Assembly (NCBI GenBank): GCA_026713285.1
Contig: JAPOOT010000289.1
Coordinates: forward strand, 1 to 45,279
DNA: 45,279 nucleotides
Origin: Gemmatimonadota bacterium
Lineage (GTDB): Bacteria > JAAXHH01
Direction: 5' to 3'
The notes under the pieces were generated by a model, which made no database searches, was not told the DNA's origin, and saw only the letters and a list, made by a program, of their open reading frames with translations. A program made the translations under genes and the position numbers. This document shows positions 38,049-45,279 of this stretch, in pieces (the stretch's first letter is position 1; every line of letters begins with the position of its first letter).

Positions 38049-39185
38049 ATGGCCACTAACACCGAAAGATACGCTCCTGGTCGAGTACGAGATGCGATAA
38101 TCCGGGTGATGAGACTAACGACAGAAGGTTTGTCTGCTAAACAGATCGCAGCGAGAGTTGCAAAGATAGAGGGCCACATGCCTGAGTCCTCGATCAGGTC
38201 TTATCTTCGTCTGAACACTCCAGAGACATTTGTTCGTGAAAGGAGGGGGGTATACCGCCTTAAGGTAGATCATGACAGCAGTCTGCAACGAACGATGTTC
38301 AGGAGTCCACCTTGGCAGGAACCCTTCAAGTTTGGATCGGCTACATTGTTTCATAGTGAATGTTTGGATTGGCTGGACGCAAGAGATGACCAATCAATCC
38401 ACGCGATAGTTACCGATCCACCTTACGGTCTGCAGGAATACACAGCGAAAGAGCAGACGAAACTCCGAAATAGGAAGGGGGGGATCTGGAGGATTCCTCC
38501 TGCATTTGATGGCCACGTTCGTTCGCCGTTACCAAGATTCACTACTTTAACCGATGAACAAAAACTTTATCTTCGGGAGTTTTTCTATATCTGGTCTCGT
38601 CTACTGATCCCCAAGTTGGTACCTGGCGCCAACGTGGTCGTTGCCTCCAATCCACTACTCTCCCACATTGTCGCCGGCGCTATAGCGGATTCGGGGCTTG
38701 AAAGACGCGGCGACATCGTCAGGCTTGTTATGACTATGCGTGGCGGTGATCGGCCAAAAGCGGCACATGATGAATTCAAGGATGTCAGTGTGCTCCCCAG
38801 ATCAATGTGGGAGCCATGGCTGATATTCCGTAGGCCTGTGGAGGGAAGAGTACAGGACAACCTCAGAAAATGGAAAACGGGAGGGTTTCGACGGCCGACT
38901 GGACTCAAGCCATTCGGAGATGTTATTCAATCTTCCCCGACCAGAAAAAATGAGAAGGCGATAGCACCTCACCCCAGCCTTAAGCCACAATCCTTCTTAC
39001 GACGCCTCGTGAGGGGTGTTCTTCCACTAGGTGAAGGTATAGTTGTCGATCCCTTTGCCGGCGCTGGCTCTACTCTCGCGGCCGCTGAAGCAGTTGGGTA
39101 CGAGTCAATCGGAATAGAAAAGGATTCTCTGTACTTCAATATGGCCAAGGAAGCACTACAGCCACTAGCCGAGCTCGAAGTGTAG
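38049..39185 (+). CDS. Beta-class N4/N6 DNA methyltransferase with an N-terminal winged-HTH-like domain
   Basis: IVTDPPYG (motif IV) precedes HPSLKP and DPFAGAGST (motif I); N-terminal LSAKQIAARV...SSIRSYLR...RRGVYRL. Confidence 0.92.
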   Translation: MATNTERYAPGRVRDAIIRVMRLTTEGLSAKQIAARVAKIEGHMPESSIRSYLRLNTPETFVRERRGVYRLKVDHDSSLQRTMFRSPPWQEPFKFGSATLFHSECLDWLDARDDQSIHAIVTDPPYGLQEYTAKEQTKLRNRKGGIWRIPPAFDGHVRSPLPRFTTLTDEQKLYLREFFYIWSRLLIPKLVPGANVVVASNPLLSHIVAGAIADSGLERRGDIVRLVMTMRGGDRPKAAHDEFKDVSVLPRSMWEPWLIFRRPVEGRVQDNLRKWKTGGFRRPTGLKPFGDVIQSSPTRKNEKAIAPHPSLKPQSFLRRLVRGVLPLGEGIVVDPFAGAGSTLAAAEAVGYESIGIEKDSLYFNMAKEALQPLAELEV

Positions 39186-39204
39186 GGACTGAAGGAAACC
39201 TCAA

Positions 39205-39810
39205 TTACCTGTCTAGGTAAATCCAGTTCTCGCGAAGTTTACTCACGCCAAAGCGGTCAAGTGTGGCAGTTCGTGTGCCGAGTTCCCCTCTCGGATTGCG
39301 TCTAAAGTCTTCGATGGTTACCCTAGATAGGTAGACTTCCCTAAACGTCATTGGAAGTCTTGATGAAGAGGGTTCGGTTTTGTTATCGACCTCGTATACA
39401 AATACACACATCCACTGGTCGCGCGCGCCATGTGTATCGACCGCACCGCCTTTTTTCTTCGTGGTTTTGATTTCAAGACCCTGATCTCCCGACTTAACGG
39501 AGTTTTCTGCGTAAACTCCCTGAACGAGAAGGTCAGGATGGCCATTGAAGTAGTTGTTTTCAGTAAGCACCCTTGAATGTTTAGCCAGACTGGCCGTCAG
39601 CATGTCCGATAGCACACCAGACATGATAGCGGGTCTCAACATATCGTCAAGCCGTTCCAGTCCGCGGTCTACCAGATGAGAATTGACATCGTGGAAGAAA
39701 TCATAAACGTCCTGCATTGCCGACTCGAAATCCATAATGCGGAGCTGATATGGTAAAGTCGAGTCAGGATTGAATGATTCTCTTGCTACGACATTTCTGG
39801 ATTGTTTGAT
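39205..39810 (-). CDS. Putative type II restriction endonuclease (PD-(D/E)XK), convergent with the MTase; RBS points to an ATC start at 39810 (first ATG 39735)
   Basis: GHPDLL...GLEIK motif; frame open up to 39828; AAGGAG 8 nt before ATC. Confidence 0.7.
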   Translation of the reverse strand: MKQSRNVVARESFNPDSTLPYQLRIMDFESAMQDVYDFFHDVNSHLVDRGLERLDDMLRPAIMSGVLSDMLTASLAKHSRVLTENNYFNGHPDLLVQGVYAENSVKSGDQGLEIKTTKKKGGAVDTHGARDQWMCVFVYEVDNKTEPSSSRLPMTFREVYLSRVTIEDFRRNPRGELGTRTATLDRFGVSKLRENWIYLDR

Positions 39811-39927
39811 CCGTTCGTCTCCTTCATGTTATCTGAATGCATGTTTCAACAAAATGTGATTTACTGTGAATTTGTAAACCACTACCTACAATATCATGAC
39901 CTAGAATCTCATGAAAGTAAAATCAAT

Positions 39928-41082
39928 CTATTCCTCCACGGCCCGCAAATCCAGCGCCAGATCGCGGAAGCCCCGCACGCGGTGTAGGGTGACCAGGTTG
40001 GTGTCGTGCTGGTTCTTGCCGCCGCGCGCGGTGCGGGCGACGACGAGGAGATCGTCTCCGGAGATGACCTGCGAGGCGTAGCTGAAGGACTCCATCATGC
40101 TCCTGCTCATGGCCACGCATCCGGCCTGGAACCAGTTGAGGGCGTCGAGGCTGTACATCAGCATCAGGATGCGCCGCTCGTTTCCCGGCGGTCCGCTGAA
40201 ACCGATTCGCCGAAGGGGTTCCCGGTCCTGCCACGGGTTCGTGGACAGGGTTGCCGTGGTCCAGTAAAGGCCGCCTTTGTCGTCGTGGACGATCTGGAAC
40301 TTGCACTGGGCGCCCGGCATGGGATGGAACTGGAGGAAACGGTAGTCGAGGTTCCGACCGTCGTCCTCGACCCGTCCGATTGATGCCAGGCTCGACGTCG
40401 AGTGGCCGTCGACGATCGTGCGCATGATCATCCGGATCTCGCCGTCCACCAGCACGATGTTGCCCTCCAGGAAGCTGTCGGCCGGCACCTTGTCCTTCAG
40501 GCTTTCGGGGTATTTCCGCTGCGAGAGCACATCGGGGATACCGGGGAACCGGACGTGGTTGGACATGCGCCAGGCCGCCGGATCCAGGAGGTCTTGTGAC
40601 AGGTCGCCGGCCACCACCAGCGATTTCCAGTCGAAACGGCTGGGCGCGTCGCAGGTCTCGAAGGCGCGGTAGGCATGTCCGTTGTGGATCAATACCGGCG
40701 TCGGCGCGCAGTGGTGCTTCCCTTCGAAGAGCGTGACCGGCCCTTCCCAGGTGAAGCCGCCGTCCCGTGAGCGGCCGATGACGATGTCCCGGCTTTTGCG
40801 CTTGTTTCCGATGAGATACGCGTCGTCCCCGTAGGTCCAGACGGTCGCCCAGATGAAATCCTGGCACGACGCCAGGGTCCACGTTGCGCCGTCGTCGTCA
40901 CTGACCAGTACCTCGGTCTGATCCGGCACGGATTCCTTGAGCGGACTGGGACGGAACCATTCGTAACTGGCCAGCAGGCGCCCCGAGCGCATCCGCGCGA
41001 TCGACGGCGAACCGGCGTATACGTTCTCCGGGTCGGGTGATGAGGCCAGTACCTGGTAGTCTTCGGCGAGCATTCGATTCAT
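39928..41082 (-). CDS. Sialidase-like BNR/Asp-box beta-propeller protein
   Basis: Asp-boxes SDDDGATW, SRDGGFTW, SLDALNW; GSPSI N-terminal motif; GGAGG RBS; no signal peptide. Confidence 0.8.
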   Translation of the reverse strand: MNRMLAEDYQVLASSPDPENVYAGSPSIARMRSGRLLASYEWFRPSPLKESVPDQTEVLVSDDDGATWTLASCQDFIWATVWTYGDDAYLIGNKRKSRDIVIGRSRDGGFTWEGPVTLFEGKHHCAPTPVLIHNGHAYRAFETCDAPSRFDWKSLVVAGDLSQDLLDPAAWRMSNHVRFPGIPDVLSQRKYPESLKDKVPADSFLEGNIVLVDGEIRMIMRTIVDGHSTSSLASIGRVEDDGRNLDYRFLQFHPMPGAQCKFQIVHDDKGGLYWTTATLSTNPWQDREPLRRIGFSGPPGNERRILMLMYSLDALNWFQAGCVAMSRSMMESFSYASQVISGDDLLVVARTARGGKNQHDTNLVTLHRVRGFRDLALDLRAVEE

Positions 41083-41118
41083 GTCTAACGACCTCCTGGT
41101 GATTGGGATGGAAACACG

Positions 41119-41147
41119 ATTCTACCCGGCTGCAACGCGCTTGTCAA
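41119..41147 (-). promoter_or_regulatory. sigma70-type promoter for the BNR protein
   Basis: TTGACA-17 nt-TAGAAT. Confidence 0.65.
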
Positions 41148-41354
41148 CGGGAAGGTACCCGCTGGATCCGCTCGAAATCGCGCTACCCATATACGATACG
41201 CGAGCGCGAGATCTTCCCATAGTTCTTTATACGCGGCGCCATATTGCCCTTGATCTGAATCGCCCCCGACCTGTATCATAGAATCGATCACCAGGACAAC
41301 CATTCCAGATACGAACAGAGAAAATCGAACCGGGTCCGCCGGGAGGATACACTT

Positions 41355-42536
41355 ATGGCCGGAAAAACCAACCTGTCCCGCAGAGATTTGCTGATCAAGG
41401 GAGGGCTCGCGACGGCCGGCATGGCGCTGCTGCCGTCCCACGTACTGGCCCAGTTGGCCCAACTGGCGCGGGACGAGACGCCCGTGGACTGGATCGATGA
41501 ATTCGGGCCGCCGCAAAGCCCCGATTTCGTCCTGCTGGACTGGAACGGGCTCGAATCTTGGATTACGCCCGTAGACCAGTTCTTCTCGGCGAGCCACTAT
41601 CCCGAGCCCACCGTGGCCGGAGAAGGCTACAGTCTGGAGGTTTCGGGCGCGGTAAGACAGAAACTCAACCTGAGCCTCGACGAAATCAAGTCCATGCCGA
41701 GCAAGGACGTTATCTTCACCCTCGAGTGCTCGGGTAACCGGGGCGTCCCCGTTTTCCGGGGCGGCGTGTACAACGCCCGGTGGACCGGCACGCCGCTGGC
41801 GCCGGTCCTGGAACGGGCAGGGGTGTGGGACAACGGTATCGAGGTGGTATTCTTCGGACACGATGAAGGGGTCGAGAACGTCACGCCAATTCGAAGCGAA
41901 CCGCTGGCGATGAAACAGAATTTCGCCCGGTCGCTTACCACGAAACAGGCGATGGACCCGGACATCCTGCTGGCCTACGAGGTGAACGGACAGACGCTGC
42001 CGCCGAAGCACGGATATCCCCTGCGGCTCATCGTACCCGGCTGGTACGGCATCACCCAGGTGAAGTGGCTGAAACGCATCGAGGTGCGCACCACCCGGTA
42101 CATGGGCAGGTTCATTTCGCGGGATTACGTCACGGTCCGCGAGGAGACCCACAACGGGGAGACCGTCTGGCGACAGGAATCCGTTGGAAAAGGCCGGATC
42201 AATTCCGTCACGGCGCGGGTCACGCGCGTCGGCCCCCTGCACCGGATCTACGGCGCGGTATGGGGCGAACCGCTCAGGGAGGTCCAGGTGCGCATCGATG
42301 ACGGTTCCTGGCAGACGGCCGAAATCATCGAGGGGCTGGACGCGGAACACGCCTGGAAGTTCTGGCGGCTGGACTGGGACAGGCCTTCAGCGGGCGAGCA
42401 CACGATCACTTCCCGGGGCGTAACGACGGGCGGCACGATACAGCCCGCGCCGGACGACCCCTACCTGGCCGGCAAGAAGACATACTGGGAAAGTAACGGC
42501 CAGGTGACCCGGACTATTCAGATCTTCGAAAGCTAG
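41355..42536 (+). CDS. Sulfite-oxidase-family molybdopterin oxidoreductase, Tat-exported
   Basis: SRRDLL Tat motif, TLECSGN Mo-ligand Cys, HGYPLRLIVPGWYG, VKWL. Confidence 0.9.
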   Translation: MAGKTNLSRRDLLIKGGLATAGMALLPSHVLAQLAQLARDETPVDWIDEFGPPQSPDFVLLDWNGLESWITPVDQFFSASHYPEPTVAGEGYSLEVSGAVRQKLNLSLDEIKSMPSKDVIFTLECSGNRGVPVFRGGVYNARWTGTPLAPVLERAGVWDNGIEVVFFGHDEGVENVTPIRSEPLAMKQNFARSLTTKQAMDPDILLAYEVNGQTLPPKHGYPLRLIVPGWYGITQVKWLKRIEVRTTRYMGRFISRDYVTVREETHNGETVWRQESVGKGRINSVTARVTRVGPLHRIYGAVWGEPLREVQVRIDDGSWQTAEIIEGLDAEHAWKFWRLDWDRPSAGEHTITSRGVTTGGTIQPAPDDPYLAGKKTYWESNGQVTRTIQIFES

Positions 42537-42553
42537 GGAACGAATCCCGATCC

Positions 42554-43666
42554 ATGGTCATCGATTCCCACGCTTACTGTTTTCCGCCGGGAGACGCGAC
42601 GGCCGGGTACGCGGACGCAGGTGAACACCTCCGCTGGATGCAGGCCGAGCACGCGGTCCACCACCAGCCGGCCTGGCGCGTCCGCGACCGGGCCCCCGCC
42701 TCGTCAGATGCGATCGCTCCCGCTTCGCCCGGGGACTGGTCCACGCTTCCCGACGTGGATTTCCGCGTCGATCATGCCCATGGCCGGGTGGTGTGGACGG
42801 TCGACGGCGAAGACTGCACCAAGCAGTTCTACCCGCCCCACCTGCGCAACCTGGAGTACACCCCCGACGGCCTGATCGCCGAGATGGACTATGCGGGCGT
42901 GGACGCCGCCCTGCTCCATACCAATCCCATGCTGAACCGGGACAGCGCGTTCCAGGCCGAATGCGTCGCCGCATTTCCCGGCCGGCTGTACTCCATGGCG
43001 CCCGTGGACGAGTGGCGAATCGCCGCGGAAACGGACCGGGTGATCGAAGAGATTGAACGGGCCGTGCGCGTTCGCGGGCTGCACGCCGTCAAGTTCAACG
43101 CCACGCTGGCATATCGCGAAAGCGACGAACGCTGGAGCGGTGGCGCCTACCGACCGTTCTGGGACGCCGTGGCCGTCTTGAAGGTGCCGGTGTTCTTCAC
43201 CCTGGGCGCCGGACCCGTGCTCGGTTACCATGCCGACCTGACGCAGGGCTACTTCGACGAAGTCGGCGTGCTCATGGACTGGATGGACCGGTACCCGGAT
43301 TCGGTCTGCAGCATCACCCACGGTTTCCCCTGGCGCATGTTTGTCGAAGGCGACCGTCTCGTCTTGCCGGAGGAACTGTGGAAACCCTACGAAAACCGCA
43401 ATCTCAGCCTGGAAGTCTGCTTCCCCGTGCGCATCGGCGACCTTTTCGACTTTCCCTACAGCGAGGCCCTACCGGCCCTGGAGGAGTTGGTCGGCCGGAT
43501 CGGTAGCGACAGGTTGCTGTGGGGCACGGACATGCCCTTCCAGAACCGGTTCTGCACTTATCGGCAGTCCCGGGACTGGATCGAGAAGTACGCGGGATTT
43601 CTCGGCGAGGCGGACCGTGCCGCGATCATGGGCGGCACCGCCGCGCGTATACTGGGTATTACGTAA
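42554..43666 (+). CDS. Amidohydrolase family 2 protein
   Basis: MVIDSHAY, EMDYAGVD, RLLWGTDMPF, IMGGTAARILG. Confidence 0.85.
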   Translation: MVIDSHAYCFPPGDATAGYADAGEHLRWMQAEHAVHHQPAWRVRDRAPASSDAIAPASPGDWSTLPDVDFRVDHAHGRVVWTVDGEDCTKQFYPPHLRNLEYTPDGLIAEMDYAGVDAALLHTNPMLNRDSAFQAECVAAFPGRLYSMAPVDEWRIAAETDRVIEEIERAVRVRGLHAVKFNATLAYRESDERWSGGAYRPFWDAVAVLKVPVFFTLGAGPVLGYHADLTQGYFDEVGVLMDWMDRYPDSVCSITHGFPWRMFVEGDRLVLPEELWKPYENRNLSLEVCFPVRIGDLFDFPYSEALPALEELVGRIGSDRLLWGTDMPFQNRFCTYRQSRDWIEKYAGFLGEADRAAIMGGTAARILGIT

Positions 43667-43816
43667 CAAAAAGTTGATGTAGCGGGAATCCGGTGTTCTC
43701 GAAAACTGTTATAAGAAGAGTTAACTTTTGTGACACTTTAAGAACCCGGCTCCGGCCCCGCACCCAGCCCCGAGCCCAGCCCCGAGCCCGCAGGTTTACA
43801 TAAACCGGAGGAACCC

Positions 43817-44803
43817 ATGCACGTCGGCACCCAGCAGTTCAGCACATCGGACGAAGACCTGGAGTATCTCGCCCGCCACGGCGTCTTCAACAAGAACGAG
43901 AACAACATCACATTCCACAGGGAATACGGGTGGGATGTGGAGGAACTGGCGGCCAGGAAGGAGAAGTGCACCCGGTTCGGGATCGACATGGAGATGGTGG
44001 CCCTGCCCATCGCCCAGTTCAACGTAGACGGCGGCCAGGTGCCCAATTACATGCTGGGAAAATACGAGGAAGGCGACAAGGAAATCGAATTGGTGTGCAA
44101 CATGGTACGCCAGGCCTCGGAAGCGGGCATCCCGGCGGTGAAGTACTACCTGTGCGAGATGGAGAACCAGCGCACCGAGAGCGATCCGCCCGGACGAGGC
44201 GGTTCGGTCTACAGCACCTGGGACCTGGAGAAGGCGAAGGACCGGCCGCCGCGGTACGACGAACCCGTGACCGCCGAGATGAACTGGGCACGCATCACCT
44301 ACTTCCTGGAGCGGGTGATCCCCGTGGCGACCGAGTGCAAAGTCCGCATGGCCTGCCATCCCTGCGATCCGTGGCTGCCGCCCGGCTATCGCTGCGTGGA
44401 CCGCGTACTCGGCGGCTTCGATGGATTCAAGCGATTCATCGAGATCTGTCCCAGTCCGTACCACGGCATGAATCTCTGCCTGGGCTGCATGGCGGAGAGT
44501 TCGCTCGATCCCCGCAACGAGGTGCCCGACATCATCCGGTACCTGGGCTCGCGCAACAAGATCTTCCTCTGCCATTTCCGCAACATCGTGGGCGGGAGGA
44601 ACAAGTTCCAGGAAGTCTGGCCCGACGAAGGCGTCATGAACATGCATCGGAACATGCAGGCGCTCAAGGAAGTCGGCTATGATCACATGTGCGTGCCCGA
44701 TCACGCGCCCGGGCACAAGGACCCGGACAGCTATCGGCAGGCCTTCGCCTACGAGTTCGGTTACATCCAGGCGATGATCCAGGCCGTGATGGACGAGGGG
44801 TAG
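43817..44803 (+). CDS. Mannonate dehydratase (UxuA)-family protein
   Basis: NWARITYFLERVIPVA, MACHPCDP, CLGC, HFRN, DEG, VPDH. Confidence 0.8.
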   Translation: MHVGTQQFSTSDEDLEYLARHGVFNKNENNITFHREYGWDVEELAARKEKCTRFGIDMEMVALPIAQFNVDGGQVPNYMLGKYEEGDKEIELVCNMVRQASEAGIPAVKYYLCEMENQRTESDPPGRGGSVYSTWDLEKAKDRPPRYDEPVTAEMNWARITYFLERVIPVATECKVRMACHPCDPWLPPGYRCVDRVLGGFDGFKRFIEICPSPYHGMNLCLGCMAESSLDPRNEVPDIIRYLGSRNKIFLCHFRNIVGGRNKFQEVWPDEGVMNMHRNMQALKEVGYDHMCVPDHAPGHKDPDSYRQAFAYEFGYIQAMIQAVMDEG

Positions 44804-44882
44804 GACGCTGTTTGGCCTGGCTTGGGTGATCGGCAGGAGGTGGGTCAAACAGCATGGCGATCCAGTCTTCGCCATGCCACGG

Positions 44883-45278
44883 TCAGTTCTGCCACTCGAT
44901 CAGTTGCTGGTCCTGTTTCAGGCGCGCGCGCTGGTGCTGGGCGGCAGTGAAGATGTCTTCCAATCTGGGCGTGTCGACTTCGAGTCCCGGCAGAGCGTAC
45001 CGCGCTTCCATGAAAAACCGGTCCTCCTGCGACGATTGGATCCATGCGTGCCGCCACCATTCAAGCACGCGGTCTCGAGCGTCCGCCATGGCACTGGAAG
45101 AGGGCAGCCGGTCGCTCTTGCTGAGGTTGATGTTGCCGCGGGCCGGCAGCAGGTTCCAGAGATCGTTGTTGCGCCAGCGCGCCCACGGAAAACAGTGGTC
45201 GATGTGCGGAACGGTTTGAATACGCGCTGCGGACCAGACGCAGGTGAGCGCGAATCCGTCATCGCGCAGCTGTTTCGC
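44883..45278 (-). CDS. C-terminal HNH endonuclease domain of a gene truncated by the window edge
   Basis: Manual translation: LTCVWSAAR...HIDHCFPWARWRNNDLWNLLPARGNINLSKSDRLPS. Confidence 0.85.
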   Translation of the reverse strand, partial: AKQLRDDGFALTCVWSAARIQTVPHIDHCFPWARWRNNDLWNLLPARGNINLSKSDRLPSSSAMADARDRVLEWWRHAWIQSSQEDRFFMEARYALPGLEVDTPRLEDIFTAAQHQRARLKQDQQLIEWQN

Positions 45279-45279
45279 C

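Larger units (their letters stand above)
35721..39925. other. Lower-GC accessory defence islet
   Basis: Visible drop in GC content and codon bias relative to the flanks; holds TIR, TA and R-M genes; no integrase seen. Confidence 0.8.

Noticed and set aside
35721-39925. Integron cassette array or integrative element
   Set aside because: No attC-type RYYYAAC...GTTRRRY structures, integrase, tRNA or flanking direct repeats were found by eye

Overview
GC-rich bacterial chromosomal window. DUF4835/PorD-like, PhyH-rich and thyX/rnhC content suggests an FCB-superphylum organism (e.g. Gemmatimonadota/Latescibacterota-like); this is an inference. The backbone holds catabolic and housekeeping genes: a TPP enzyme, two SDRs, two PhyH dioxygenases, thyX, rnhC, a GH51 arabinofuranosidase with a sugar ABC cluster, a radical SAM protein, two cyclophilins, an MFS transporter, rho, oppBC-like and tupBC-like permeases, a BNR/sialidase-like protein, a Mo-oxidoreductase, an amidohydrolase and a uxuA-like gene. 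Main observations: (1) a ~1560-aa fusion of a PA/M28 pseudo-peptidase (metal ligands degenerate, nicastrin/nicalin-like) to a MacB/FtsX permease; (2) a ~4.2 kb lower-GC defence islet (TIR, MNT-HEPN, Phd-VapC, type II R-M) in which HepT and VapC are broken and the REase apparently has an ATC start, while the antidotes are intact; (3) a leaderless HTH-methyltransferase with two GACGTC sites inside its promoter; (4) a PhyH enzyme lacking the HxD carboxylate (candidate halogenase); (5) many GC-rich tandem repeats in coding and intergenic DNA. The window ends in the HNH C-terminus of a truncated gene. No rRNA, tRNA, CRISPR array, integrase or transposase was recognised.
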